Positions 1 to 10,143 of a stretch of 55,124 bases of DNA are shown here, in pieces (the stretch's first letter is position 1; each line of letters starts with the position of its first letter). The notes beneath the pieces were generated by a model that searched no databases, was not told the origin of the DNA, and saw only the letters and a program-made list of their open reading frames with translations. The stretch spans positions 1 through 55,124 of IMG/VR virus record IMGVR_UViG_3300030104_000130, one strand, 5' to 3'. The position numbers were made by a program, and so were the translations under genes. This DNA is from a virus. Lineage: Duplodnaviria; Caudoviricetes.

Positions 1-161
1 GCTGTACGTGCTAGTGATTCCATGTATTAAGTCTGTGCTAAGTTTTGTGTTCTTCCAATCTCTTGCCAAACACTACCGTTGTATCTAAAGCTAAAGATAT
101 CAGTCTTATTAGCTGTAGCAGTTACGGTAGGTGCTGTTGAAGCTGCAAACTCAAATACAGT
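1..161. repeat. Terminal direct repeat / circular assembly overlap, copy 1
   Basis: Matches 54964-55124 except g78/a55041 and t123/c55086. Confidence 0.95.
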
Positions 162-503
162 ATTAAAAGCTACTGTACGAGCTGTACCGCCTTGTGCAAG
201 TTCTAAAGTTATAATAGCTCCTTCGACTGCATTACTAGGTGCAGCAAAGGTTGTATTTTCTGTAGTTACGTGAAAAGCATTAGCTGCTGCTGCTGCATCC
301 CAAGCTACTGAATTAGAACTTGAGGTTAAAGCTACCTGTGTAATACGTGCACTTGTTGTTGCAACCATTAACGGTGATGTAGCCGATGTAGCAATTGTTA
401 CAGCATTTTCGATCTTTGCTCCTGTAACTGCATCATCCGCAATTTTAGCTGTAGCAACTGCATCGTCTGCTAGAAGCTCACTTGGTATTTTAGTTGTTGC
501 CAT
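27..503 (-). CDS. Short tail-fibre-like protein, paralog of the C-terminus of the long fibre (3028-6228)
   Basis: IADDAVTGAKIENAVT...DIFSFRYNGSVWQE.GR.QNLAQT nearly identical to the last ~150 aa of the 1066-aa fibre; GGAG RBS. Confidence 0.8.
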   Translation of the reverse strand: MATTKIPSELLADDAVATAKIADDAVTGAKIENAVTIATSATSPLMVATTSARITQVALTSSSNSVAWDAAAAANAFHVTTENTTFAAPSNAVEGAIITLELAQGGTARTVAFNTVFEFAASTAPTVTATANKTDIFSFRYNGSVWQEIGRTQNLAQT

Positions 504-520
504 GTTTTATATTTCTCCTA

Positions 521-1585
521 CTATCGGGCTGTACCCATAATTCCTGTTGATGTTACGAATGGATTTTCTGCAAATGCCATGTAGATGTATGTATGAGTAT
601 TTTGATTTACCCAACCAAAACTTGAACGCAGTTTAAAGCCATTGCTTAATATATCTAAGTTTGCATTTGCATTGTCATATTCTGCTGCACTTGAGTTTGG
701 ATGTAAGGCTTGGTCAGTTACATTAAATCCAGGTCTTTTGTTATCATACATCATCCAGTTATCACCACTATCACTTGATTTTTTAAAAAGTATAAAAGCA
801 GGTTTAAATCCTGTATACACAAACGGACCATCTGCATTTCCATTGCCGGTGTACTTGCCGAACTTACTGTAGCCTTGTTTTTCTGCGAAACAATAGACTA
901 CATAATCTTCAGTATTTGTATTAACATCACCCGAAGTGTTTTTTATACTAAAAACTGTAGATGTTGGAGATGTTGCATTCCAGTAACCAACTGAGTTACT
1001 TTGTGCCGATGTGTCGTTTAAATATAAGCTATAAGCATTAGATGTTAAATCTTTATGAAAAACAGTCCAGTTAGTTCCTGTTTGATCTCTGTTTTTAATT
1101 ATATACATCGCAGGAGCAACACCTAATCCATGCCCTATTGTTGCTGCTGTACCTGTTCCAGTATATTGAACAATGCTAAATCCAGCATCAGTATTGGCTT
1201 GTACTGTAGAGGTTATTGAGCCATTGCTGTTGGAAGCTGTCGTGCCACCATTGGCTTTCCATAACCAAGAACATTGAGCAGTGCTACTAGAGTTCATGGA
1301 ACTATCACCTGAACCTGCTGTAAAACCGTTAGAATCAAAAGAACTTAAATAATTTGCAAAAGTGCCTTCAGCAGCATTTGAGTTAGATGCTAAATATTTC
1401 GTTACGCCTCTACTACTATCAAATTGATGCCAACCATTTGTATCATTTTGTTCTTTATGCCACATAAAATCTGGTTGCATATCTGAGTTACCATCAAGAG
1501 TGATAGCATTTGTTCCACCATTACCAGTCCATTTTTTAACTTGAAAATGTGCTGATGGATCGTCTATTGCTGTGTACTTACCCAT
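521..1585 (-). CDS. Tail-tip / receptor-binding accessory protein, copy A
   Basis: G/S/T/N-rich beta protein with YTGNG-type repeats, GFKPAF and YIYMAFAENPF motifs typical of marine phage tail proteins; paralog of 52510-53583. Confidence 0.7.
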   Translation of the reverse strand: MGKYTAIDDPSAHFQVKKWTGNGGTNAITLDGNSDMQPDFMWHKEQNDTNGWHQFDSSRGVTKYLASNSNAAEGTFANYLSSFDSNGFTAGSGDSSMNSSSTAQCSWLWKANGGTTASNSNGSITSTVQANTDAGFSIVQYTGTGTAATIGHGLGVAPAMYIIKNRDQTGTNWTVFHKDLTSNAYSLYLNDTSAQSNSVGYWNATSPTSTVFSIKNTSGDVNTNTEDYVVYCFAEKQGYSKFGKYTGNGNADGPFVYTGFKPAFILFKKSSDSGDNWMMYDNKRPGFNVTDQALHPNSSAAEYDNANANLDILSNGFKLRSSFGWVNQNTHTYIYMAFAENPFVTSTGIMGTAR

Positions 1586-3021
1586 TAGGCTGTACCTCCA
1601 TATTCTGCTAAGTTTTTACCACATAATGCGTAGTACCCAGAAGGTGGTGCGTGTTCAAAAGTTCCGTAACCATTGGCATCTGATTGTGCTGAAGATATTG
1701 TTGCACCTGTATAACCCCCAAAATTTACTGTTTGGATACTGCCTTTAGTTTGAACAACAGGTATTGCAAAAATACCATCATCAGTCTGACTTCCCATGTT
1801 ATACAAAGATAAATTTGTTCCATTGGTAACTGCACTACCATCATAATAAAAACTTATTTGGTTATCATCTAAATTTAAAGCAATCCCAACAAACTTACCT
1901 GCTCCACTAGAGTCAACAGTTCCTAAACTACCCGTAATTGACCTGCTTCCACCATTCCATGCAACATAATTACCAGCATCCATTTGCCATACAGCAAGTG
2001 CATTTCCGTTAGTACTTGCTCCTACTTGAACATTATCATAATCTTGTTGAAATGTGTGAAAACCTACATAAATTCTTGCACCATATGTTGCTACTACTTC
2101 ATTGATATAATTTTCAAAATACCATTTACCTTTTGTTACTCCCATAGTTCCTGCATATGAAAGGTCTTGGTTGCCCCCACTTAATCCATATTGAGTTGCA
2201 CCATTTGTAGGTAATTGTACGCTGCTATTAAATCCTGTAAAAAGTGCATTAAGCGTACAAAAATTATTAGTAGGTGTGTCAGTTGATTGATCGGCTGCTG
2301 TTAAATTTACTTTAGTCCAATTAGTATCATCGCCTTTTGCATTTGCTCCTAAATCTGATGCAGTTTTAAAATCTAAGTATGCACTTTGACCGGGGTAACT
2401 ACCTGTGTATTCTTTGGGAATCCATATACCACTATCATCATCATATTCTCCAAACTCTGTGGGTGCTACTGCTAAACCATCTAAATAATTAAATTCTGCC
2501 ATATAACCACTAAAGCCATGATAAGTTGAATCATAAGAACCTATCCTTGCTAATGTGCCAGAATAGACTGCAGTTTCAAAATTTTGTGGTGGATATTGCC
2601 TAGATGCCCAATCTGTGATTTCTGCTCCATTTACATAAACTCTAAATCTATCTGCTTCTGTGCTTTGAGTTGTATCTACTTTCCAAACAATATGATACCA
2701 AGCTGATGTATCTCTAAACTGTTGTGTCGTTGTGCTTCTATATTGAGCAGTTTTACCTATATCTAACCACAGTTCATCTGATGACAAACCAAAACCAATT
2801 CTTACAGCTTCTGAATGAACTCCACCATCCCAAAGCTCTTGTGTACCTCCAAGCTTACTTCTTTTACACCAAAAACTTACTGTAAAAGTTTTATCGTTAG
2901 TGCCTGAAGCATTGGTTCTTGTAAAATACTCGTCATTAGCATCTTCAAATTTTACAGAGTTATCAATATCATACCCAGTCGAGACACTGCCACGATTCAT
3001 TGTGCGTTGTAAAAAAGCCAT
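1585..3021 (-). CDS. LamG/concanavalin-like plus SPRY-like tail receptor-binding protein, copy A
   Basis: FTVSFWCKR, WYHIV, YVNG, GYMAEF (LamG-like); GKWYFE, VGIALNLD (SPRY-like); paralog of 53583-54986. Confidence 0.75.
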   Translation of the reverse strand: MAFLQRTMNRGSVSTGYDIDNSVKFEDANDEYFTRTNASGTNDKTFTVSFWCKRSKLGGTQELWDGGVHSEAVRIGFGLSSDELWLDIGKTAQYRSTTTQQFRDTSAWYHIVWKVDTTQSTEADRFRVYVNGAEITDWASRQYPPQNFETAVYSGTLARIGSYDSTYHGFSGYMAEFNYLDGLAVAPTEFGEYDDDSGIWIPKEYTGSYPGQSAYLDFKTASDLGANAKGDDTNWTKVNLTAADQSTDTPTNNFCTLNALFTGFNSSVQLPTNGATQYGLSGGNQDLSYAGTMGVTKGKWYFENYINEVVATYGARIYVGFHTFQQDYDNVQVGASTNGNALAVWQMDAGNYVAWNGGSRSITGSLGTVDSSGAGKFVGIALNLDDNQISFYYDGSAVTNGTNLSLYNMGSQTDDGIFAIPVVQTKGSIQTVNFGGYTGATISSAQSDANGYGTFEHAPPSGYYALCGKNLAEYGGTA

Positions 3022-3027
3022 ATAGTA

Positions 3028-6000
3028 TTAAGTTTGTGCTAAGTTCTGTACTCTTCCTACTTCTTGCCATACAGAGCCATTGTATCTGAATGAGAAGATA
3101 TCTGTTTTGTTAGCTGTTGCTGTAATTGTTGGTGCTGTACTTGCAGCAAATTCAAAAGCTGTATTCCATGCAACAGTTCTTGGAGTTCCTCCTTGAGCTA
3201 TTTCTATGGAAATAATAGCACCTTCAGTATTATTAGTTGGTGCTGAAATTGTAGTGTTTTCTGTTGTAAGATGAAAAGCATTTGATTTTGCAGCAGCATC
3301 CCAAGCTACAGCATTTGAACTAGATGTTAAAGCTTGTTGAGTTACATTAGCTGCAGCAGTTGCTGTAACAGCCGGAGCTGTTGCTGACGTTGCAAAAGTT
3401 ACAGCGTTTTCAATTTTAGCACCTGTAACTTGATCGTCTCCAATGTGTGCAGTATCAATACTACCATCAGTATAATGTTCACTATCAATTGCATCATCGG
3501 CTATTTTAGCACCAGTTACTGCATCAGCAGCTATTTTAGCAGTTGAAACTGAGTTATCACTTGGAGTTCCTATTGCGACTTCTTCAGCATTATAAGCTGT
3601 AATAACTCTACCATTTAAAGGAGCTTCAGATAATGTTAAAGTAGTTCCTGAAACACTATAACTGTTATGTGCTTGGAATACACCATCAATAAAGACCATT
3701 AAGTTATTTTCACTTGATGGAGCTGAAGACAATGTAAAGGCTGTAGTACTATCATCACCTGTAAAGATGTTAGTAGAAAAAGAACCACTTCCTCCTCCAA
3801 TGCTACCCCAAGCATCTGTATAACCTTCAAACTCTCCTGTAGTTGAGTTATATCTAAAATAACCTGCTGCCGGACTTCCCGGTCTTTGTGCTGTTGTACC
3901 TACTGGTATATGTATTGAGTCTGTATTAGAACCTAAGTCTAATGAAACATCCGGAGATGCATTACCAATACCTACACGATTGTTTGAGCTATCAACTTTT
4001 AGAGTTGATGTATCTACAGCAAGGTCTCCAGAAATTGTTAAACTTGATAAAGTTCCAACACTTGTAATATTTGTTTGAGCTGCTGTAGCTATTGTACCTG
4101 TTAAATTATTAACAATTAAATTACCAGCAGCATATCCTGTAGCACTAGTATTTACAGTTGTTGAAGGTACAGTTTGAGTATCACAGAATAATCTAAATGT
4201 ATTATCTGTAGAAGCATCATAATATAATCCAGCATACTTAGTAGTACTAGATTCTACATACTTACCATAAAAACCAAAGTCTGTAGTGTTTCCTGTATTC
4301 TCATCTGTTAAACCTGTAAAATTAGAATCACTAACAACTGAACCTGTTTGTGTAGTTGTACCAGTAACAGTTAGGTTTCCGGCTACACTTAAGTTATTTG
4401 CAATTGTAATATCATTAGCTAACTTGTCACCTGTAACTTGGTCGTCAGCAATATGAACTGTGTCAATTGCACCATCAGCTATTTGAGCTGAATCAATAGC
4501 ATCGTCTGCTATCATAGAATTTACAATGACATCAGAACCTATAACTAAATCTATTGTACCATCACCATCTTCGTATGTTGCTGCAATACCTGTTTCAGTA
4601 TTACTTGAAAACATAGCACCAACAGTGTCTTGTACAACTTCTGAAAGGTCTATATTTGCTGTACCATCAAAAGACACACCATGTATAGTTCTTGCAGTTT
4701 CTAAAGCTGTAGCAGTAGCTGCGTTACCTGTAGTACTTTGATTAAGTGTACCAACTGTTAAATCAATTGTACCATCACTATCTTCATATGTAACGGTAAT
4801 ACCTGACTCAGTGTTAGAACTAAACATAGCTCCAACAGTATCTTGAACAACTTCAGTTAAATCTATATTAGCTGTACCGTCAAATGATACTCCATGAATT
4901 GTACGTGCTGTTGCTAATGCTGTAGCTGTTGCCACATTACCAGTTGTTAAAGCTATAGTACCTGCAGTAGAAGGTAAAGTTACAGTTGGATTACCACTAA
5001 AACTAGCATGTGCAGGTGCTTGTAGTCTTAAATAGTGAGCATTATTTGATTCACAATAAAAATCTACATAAGACTGAGTACCACCATTTTTAATTTTAAT
5101 ACCGCCTTGTTGAATAACTACACCATTTGTAGAGCCACCTCCGACTCCAATAGAAGTAGTAATTTCTAATGATGCTGGTAAAACAAAGTCTAATGTATTA
5201 TCTGAATCATCATAAGTTACTGTAATGTTTGTTTCTGTGTTAGAGCTAACCATAGCTCCTACAGTATCACTAATTGTTTCTGCTAGTGTTGTACCGTTCA
5301 CTGTAATTGCATCAGCTTCTAAAGTACCATCAATGTCTACATCTCCTGAAATATCAAGTGTAGCTGCATCTAACTCACCACTAATAGTTATGTTTCTACC
5401 ACCAGTTATATCTTTGTTTGAATCTGTAACAATAGCTTTAGAAGCTTCTACAGTTCCTGCTGTTGAAACATCTACATAGTTAAGTTCTGTTGTAGTGGCT
5501 GTAACACCATCAAGTAAATTTAATTCTGTAGCTGTGCTTGTAACACCATCAAGAATATTTAATTCAGCAGCAGTAGATGTTACTCCGTCTAATATATTTA
5601 GTTCTGCTGCAGTTGATGTAATTGTTGTTCCATTAAAGTCTATTGCATCTAAGTAAGCTACACCATCAATATAAATATCTTTCCATTGTTGTGAAGAACT
5701 ACCTAAATCATAAGTATTATCATCATCAGGAATAATGTTAGAATCAACATCAGCACCAAATACTACGTTATCAGTAGCTGCATCACCCATAGTGATTGTA
5801 CCACCGTTAAAAGTTGTAGTACCAGTTACTGTAAGATTACCTCCAACTGCTACGTTCCCAGTTGTAGTAATAGAATCTATATACGCATCTTTAAAATATA
5901 ATGAGCTTGTACCTAAATCAACATCACTGTCTGTTATAGGAATAACTGCTCCGTCTTGTATTCTTATTTGTTGTACAGGACTACTAGAGACTTCTACATA

Positions 6001-6228
6001 AAATTCAATATGATTATTTGTAGTATCAATTAATACTTTATTGTTTGGAGAAGTTTCTCCTGCATCTCCAATTAATCCTATAACTGGACCTTCGGCTGTA
6101 GTGCCATCGTGTTTGTGTCCTGTTGAATTATGAAAAGCGTTTACGAGTTGGTTAAATTCATTATTGAATAACGCTGCAGTGATTGTATCACCGTCTGCAA
6201 ACGAACTCTGTCTAGTGTAACTTGCCAT
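3028..6228 (-). CDS. Long tail fibre
   Basis: 1066 aa directly after tail tube genes; repeats TSTAAELNILDGV, ATALxTARTIHGVSFDGTANIDL (x2), IADDAI/VT; VFIDGVFQ module. Confidence 0.85.
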   Translation of the reverse strand: MASYTRQSSFADGDTITAALFNNEFNQLVNAFHNSTGHKHDGTTAEGPVIGLIGDAGETSPNNKVLIDTTNNHIEFYVEVSSSPVQQIRIQDGAVIPITDSDVDLGTSSLYFKDAYIDSITTTGNVAVGGNLTVTGTTTFNGGTITMGDAATDNVVFGADVDSNIIPDDDNTYDLGSSSQQWKDIYIDGVAYLDAIDFNGTTITSTAAELNILDGVTSTAAELNILDGVTSTATELNLLDGVTATTTELNYVDVSTAGTVEASKAIVTDSNKDITGGRNITISGELDAATLDISGDVDIDGTLEADAITVNGTTLAETISDTVGAMVSSNTETNITVTYDDSDNTLDFVLPASLEITTSIGVGGGSTNGVVIQQGGIKIKNGGTQSYVDFYCESNNAHYLRLQAPAHASFSGNPTVTLPSTAGTIALTTGNVATATALATARTIHGVSFDGTANIDLTEVVQDTVGAMFSSNTESGITVTYEDSDGTIDLTVGTLNQSTTGNAATATALETARTIHGVSFDGTANIDLSEVVQDTVGAMFSSNTETGIAATYEDGDGTIDLVIGSDVIVNSMIADDAIDSAQIADGAIDTVHIADDQVTGDKLANDITIANNLSVAGNLTVTGTTTQTGSVVSDSNFTGLTDENTGNTTDFGFYGKYVESSTTKYAGLYYDASTDNTFRLFCDTQTVPSTTVNTSATGYAAGNLIVNNLTGTIATAAQTNITSVGTLSSLTISGDLAVDTSTLKVDSSNNRVGIGNASPDVSLDLGSNTDSIHIPVGTTAQRPGSPAAGYFRYNSTTGEFEGYTDAWGSIGGGSGSFSTNIFTGDDSTTAFTLSSAPSSENNLMVFIDGVFQAHNSYSVSGTTLTLSEAPLNGRVITAYNAEEVAIGTPSDNSVSTAKIAADAVTGAKIADDAIDSEHYTDGSIDTAHIGDDQVTGAKIENAVTFATSATAPAVTATAAANVTQQALTSSSNAVAWDAAAKSNAFHLTTENTTISAPTNNTEGAIISIEIAQGGTPRTVAWNTAFEFAASTAPTITATANKTDIFSFRYNGSVWQEVGRVQNLAQT

Positions 6229-6234
6229 GTTTGT

Positions 6235-7830
6235 TTATCTCCTGCCTGAAGGTATAAAGTCTACGTAAAGACCATTAATTGTATAAGGTGGTTTTGTATC
6301 ATCACTTATAAATGTAAAATTATTACTGTGTCCACTGCCCTGTAGTGGCACTCTAATTAAAGGATTATTACCGCCACCAAATACTGTTGTAGCAAATATA
6401 CCATCTCCAAAGATAGCTGGTGGATTAATAACTCCTAAATTAAAAGGGTTAGGTGGTTGAGGTGTATCTGTATTACCATAATCAAATCTAACTTGAACAT
6501 CTGGTTCTACAACACCTTCAGCACTTGCAGATACTTTTACAAAGTGTAAAGTTTTTAAAGTACCTAAATCACCATAATCATAGTTTGGTGTAGCATATCT
6601 TGCTAAAATGGAAGAGCCATCAAAGTTATTACCTGTATCGTGATTATACACGTAACCTGTAGTAGAACCATGAAAATACTTTTCAACACCATTTTGATTA
6701 AACCCCGAGCCAATCTCAGTAACTTCTATTCCTCTTGTTTCTCCCCACTCAAATCCGTTGGGTCTTAATGTTCCTATAATACCTCTTTGTTGATTTCCAG
6801 ACACTGAAGTATCTGTATAAAATAATCTATATTGTGATTTCTCACGTATAACAACACTACTAATAATAAAACTATTAATGTTGTTGGCAAGGTCTGTAAG
6901 TAAAGGTTGGATAGCTTTACTAACTGTACCCAACTCAACGTCTCCAATCCTTGCAGTACCAGCGACTGTTCTCAGTCCATCTGGTGCTAAAAAGAGTAGG
7001 TCACCGCCTATCTCTTGAATACTATAACCACTTAAACATCCAATGTTTTTGGCTACAGGTATAACTACCGGTGTGCCATTTATATCTTGTAACTTAAATA
7101 TACTATTTTCACAAAATATAAACAGTTCATTACGGAAGCTTTTTAATCCTACTATCTGGTCTGATAAGGTTATAGAACCTGAACCAGTACCACTAAAGTC
7201 GGTGGGGTCTAAAAGTTTACTATAAAATACTGTGCTAAGATTATCTTCTACACCTGCAACAACTAAATGTTTATCGTGTATCTCACCATGTGTTGCAAAC
7301 TTAGTTCCTGTTACAGTAACTTCACCACCAAAGAATGTTCTTGTATTAATGTTAGCACCTGTACCTTCCATTCTAAAAAAGTAAGGCTTGTTAGCTCCAT
7401 CACAAATTACAAGCAATCCATAATCAAAGTCTGCTCCTTCAAATAAAGAAAAGCTAACTTGCCCTTGTGATGTACGTGTTAATGTACTTCTGCCTGTAAA
7501 GGCTGTGTGGTCATCACCACTACTTGCTACAGAACTTCTACTTACATTTAACCAATTGTTTCCATCTTGACTAAAAAATATTCCTGTTCCTGCACAGGCT
7601 ATAACACCATCAGCATAAGGTATAACTCCTAATACATTTGTTGTGCTACCTGTAACTTTAGCACTACCAAACTGACTAAAACCATTTATACGTCTATATC
7701 CACCTTCGATAGAGACTTCAAAGTTTCGCAGTTCTTGAGCAACTCCGGGACTTTTAAGTAAATCAATCGCATTAGAAGATTTAACTAAGCCACCAGAACA
7801 GGCTACTGTATAAGGTTGTGATGCTGCCAT
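6235..7830 (-). CDS. Tail nozzle / tail tubular protein B-like
   Basis: 531-aa beta-rich protein; NIGC..SIQEIGGDLLFLAPDGLR motif; position after adaptor. Confidence 0.7.
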   Translation of the reverse strand: MAASQPYTVACSGGLVKSSNAIDLLKSPGVAQELRNFEVSIEGGYRRINGFSQFGSAKVTGSTTNVLGVIPYADGVIACAGTGIFFSQDGNNWLNVSRSSVASSGDDHTAFTGRSTLTRTSQGQVSFSLFEGADFDYGLLVICDGANKPYFFRMEGTGANINTRTFFGGEVTVTGTKFATHGEIHDKHLVVAGVEDNLSTVFYSKLLDPTDFSGTGSGSITLSDQIVGLKSFRNELFIFCENSIFKLQDINGTPVVIPVAKNIGCLSGYSIQEIGGDLLFLAPDGLRTVAGTARIGDVELGTVSKAIQPLLTDLANNINSFIISSVVIREKSQYRLFYTDTSVSGNQQRGIIGTLRPNGFEWGETRGIEVTEIGSGFNQNGVEKYFHGSTTGYVYNHDTGNNFDGSSILARYATPNYDYGDLGTLKTLHFVKVSASAEGVVEPDVQVRFDYGNTDTPQPPNPFNLGVINPPAIFGDGIFATTVFGGGNNPLIRVPLQGSGHSNNFTFISDDTKPPYTINGLYVDFIPSGRR

Positions 7831-7833
7831 ATA

Positions 7834-8601
7834 TTAAAAATATCTTCTATCGTCTGTCATAGTACGAGGAGTAGGATTAATCAAATTAGATTTCATACTT
7901 CTCAATGACTTTTTATAATCATCCATAGCAAAAGCTGCTTGTTGTGGAGATTCTTTAAACTGCCAAACATAATATCTTGTTTTAGCTGTTATGACATTCG
8001 TATATTGTTCTGGAAATACAACTGTATCTCCATGTGCTGTAAGTTTTGTTGGCTTATCAAAAGCATAAAAATGTACATTGTAAACTTTATCAGGGATTGG
8101 ACTCAATCCAAACTTTCTAGAATCAGGAGATTTAATTACAAATTTAGGTTCTCCAAAAGATTGTGACCCTGCATCATCTGCATTTTCACTATCTCTATAA
8201 TATCTTTTCCAGTCTGCTAAGTTTAAAAACATTAACCCTTTTGATATAAAGGGAGCTGATTCACCACTAACATTAATTGTAGTTAAATAAAAATCATCCC
8301 AGTCTATAGAACCAAAATCATCTTGAACGCTTGAGCTACTAGCTTTTAGTTCGTACCACCTAGTACCAGCTACTGTAGCTACTGTTACGTTTCCATAGAA
8401 GGGATCAGTTGCACCACTTTCACCTACTGCAAAAAATGGTAACTGTGGTTCTTCATTTGCTATATCAAATATAGATTTATTAATAGCATCCTTGACAAAC
8501 TGTTGAAGTCCTACAGCACTTGAAAAGTTTGCAGAAGTCAATGGTATTTCATTGAGTTCTCTTAGTACTTCATTAGTTAAATCAAGATATGTTGTTGCCA
8601 T
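7834..8601 (-). CDS. Head-tail adaptor / tail tubular protein A-like
   Basis: TYLDLTNEVLREL N-terminus, LSPIPDKVY motif; position downstream of capsid. Confidence 0.7.
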   Translation of the reverse strand: MATTYLDLTNEVLRELNEIPLTSANFSSAVGLQQFVKDAINKSIFDIANEEPQLPFFAVGESGATDPFYGNVTVATVAGTRWYELKASSSSVQDDFGSIDWDDFYLTTINVSGESAPFISKGLMFLNLADWKRYYRDSENADDAGSQSFGEPKFVIKSPDSRKFGLSPIPDKVYNVHFYAFDKPTKLTAHGDTVVFPEQYTNVITAKTRYYVWQFKESPQQAAFAMDDYKKSLRSMKSNLINPTPRTMTDDRRYF

Positions 8602-8777
8602 TATTTTCTGCCTTTAGCTTTTAGTTTTGCTTTTTTGCTTAAATCTTTAAAGTGAAAAAGTCTTTCACTTGTTTTACCATGAGTTAGTCCTGTATGTAAT
8701 TGTCCATTAGGCATTTTATGAGTATTGCCTGTCCATTTAGTTCCATCTCTTTTAAAATGTGGTACGCCTTTAGCCAT
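8601..8777 (-). CDS. Small basic His-containing protein, 58 aa (not in ORF track)
   Basis: MAKGVPHFKRDG...HKMPNGQLHTG...; TAATG coupling to next gene. Confidence 0.65.
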   Translation of the reverse strand: MAKGVPHFKRDGTKWTGNTHKMPNGQLHTGLTHGKTSERLFHFKDLSKKAKLKAKGRK

Positions 8778-8779
8778 GA

Positions 8780-8929
8780 TTAATTAGGTTTTGCTGGTGT
8801 CATACCACCATCTCTGTACATCGTTCTACCCATATTAGCTGGTTTTCTTTTAGGCATTTTACCGTCCATCATTCCTTGACGTTTAGCTTTCCCACCTGTT
8901 CCCATTTTTTTCTTTTTAGGTCCGTACAT
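8780..8929 (-). CDS. Basic microprotein of tandem [RK]xx[MY]xxG[GK]-like units, 49 aa (not in ORF track)
   Basis: MYGPKKKKMGTGGKAKRQGMMDGKMPKRKPANMGRTMYRDGGMTPAKPN; AGGAG RBS. Confidence 0.65.
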   Translation of the reverse strand: MYGPKKKKMGTGGKAKRQGMMDGKMPKRKPANMGRTMYRDGGMTPAKPN

Positions 8930-8931
8930 AA

Positions 8932-9090
8932 TTATCTCCTATCTTCTTTATTAAGTTCACGGTAATAGCTAGGCTTTAAACTTTCATTGTATCCTGCCAT
9001 TTCTCTACACTTCTGAACTTTTTCTTCAATAGAGTTATAGTTAGAAATGTTTCCACTTGGTTGTCTTTGATTTCCTTTTTGTTCTTCCAT
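8932..9090 (-). CDS. Hypothetical protein, 52 aa (not in ORF track)
   Basis: MEEQKGNQRQ...; AGGA RBS; fills gap after capsid terminator. Confidence 0.6.
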   Translation of the reverse strand: MEEQKGNQRQPSGNISNYNSIEEKVQKCREMAGYNESLKPSYYRELNKEDRR

Positions 9091-9101
9091 TTTATTTCCT
9101 A

Positions 9102-9130
9102 TAAAAGTGGAGGAGTCCGAAGACTCCCCC
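9102..9130 (-). terminator. Intrinsic terminator after capsid gene
   Basis: GGGGGAGUC-UUCG-GACUCCUCC hairpin with C(UUCG)G loop followed by ACUUUU. Confidence 0.75.
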
Positions 9131-9140
9131 GAGTTTGGTA

Positions 9141-10112
9141 TTAGTCAATACCGTAGAAAGCACCTACAATTGCTTCGTCTCTTAGTACTTTCGCACCATA
9201 GACATGCAATCCTCTAACGATATCACCGAAAGAACTTGGGTCTCTTAAGACTTCAGTTGAGATGATAGTTTGAGCAGTAGCTGTAGATGAGATATGTCCA
9301 GCCAAACATTTACCAGCAGCATTAGATGTTGCAGCAATATTGTTTGATTTGTACATGTCAAATCCACGTAGTTTTCCACTTGATACTAAACCATTTCTAA
9401 TTGAACCTTGACCTGCGTTGAAGTCTACAGATAGCAATTTAGAAGATGATTGTCCTAAAACTTCGTAGAAGTCAGGACTTGCAACAAACCAACGACCTTC
9501 TTCAGGTACGTTCTGTTCGTCTAATAGTCTTGCCATTCTAGCCATAAGGTCTAGTGGGTCTGTTTCGCCAGACTGACCTAAGTCAGCAGCACCAGAACCA
9601 TCATATACTCCAGCACCTAAGTCTGTCGCACTGTCAGCACCTAACACGTGGTTGGGTGAAGAAGCAGACAAACCAGCAAACATGACAGCAAGAACAGCAG
9701 CATCATATGAATCTTTCAATGCATATGCAGCAGAGCTTGAAGCTACTTCTTTGAAGTTGACGTGTGACATTTTAGTCTCAATATCATCTACGATGAATTT
9801 GAAAGCTTTAGCACTGTCAACAACCAAAGTAAGTTCTTGGTCTGTTAGTTTAGTTGCAGTAGTATCGCTACCTCTTGTGTAATCTGACACAGAGATAACA
9901 GGTTCTTTGATAATCTTTACAGAGTCTCCAAAAGCAGAAATTTCACCAGTATAATCGGTGTTTGTAATAGCTTCTACAACCGAGGACTTTCTGAAAAAGT
10001 TTAAAACCTTTTTAGAATAAATCGAAGGTAAGAAGAAACTATTATTCTGTCCACTTACAGAGTTTGCAAAGTTAGCATCGGTATCAGTTGAGGGTTCAAA
10101 AAATTGAGCCAT
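9141..10112 (-). CDS. Major capsid protein
   Basis: 323 aa after scaffold; FLPSIYSKKVL, ITNTDYTGEI..GDSVKI, VPEEGRW, DIVRGLHVYGAKV motifs of podoviral coat proteins. Confidence 0.9.
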   Translation of the reverse strand: MAQFFEPSTDTDANFANSVSGQNNSFFLPSIYSKKVLNFFRKSSVVEAITNTDYTGEISAFGDSVKIIKEPVISVSDYTRGSDTTATKLTDQELTLVVDSAKAFKFIVDDIETKMSHVNFKEVASSSAAYALKDSYDAAVLAVMFAGLSASSPNHVLGADSATDLGAGVYDGSGAADLGQSGETDPLDLMARMARLLDEQNVPEEGRWFVASPDFYEVLGQSSSKLLSVDFNAGQGSIRNGLVSSGKLRGFDMYKSNNIAATSNAAGKCLAGHISSTATAQTIISTEVLRDPSSFGDIVRGLHVYGAKVLRDEAIVGAFYGID

Positions 10113-10143
10113 TTGATATTCTCCTAAGTTTGTAAATTAATAG

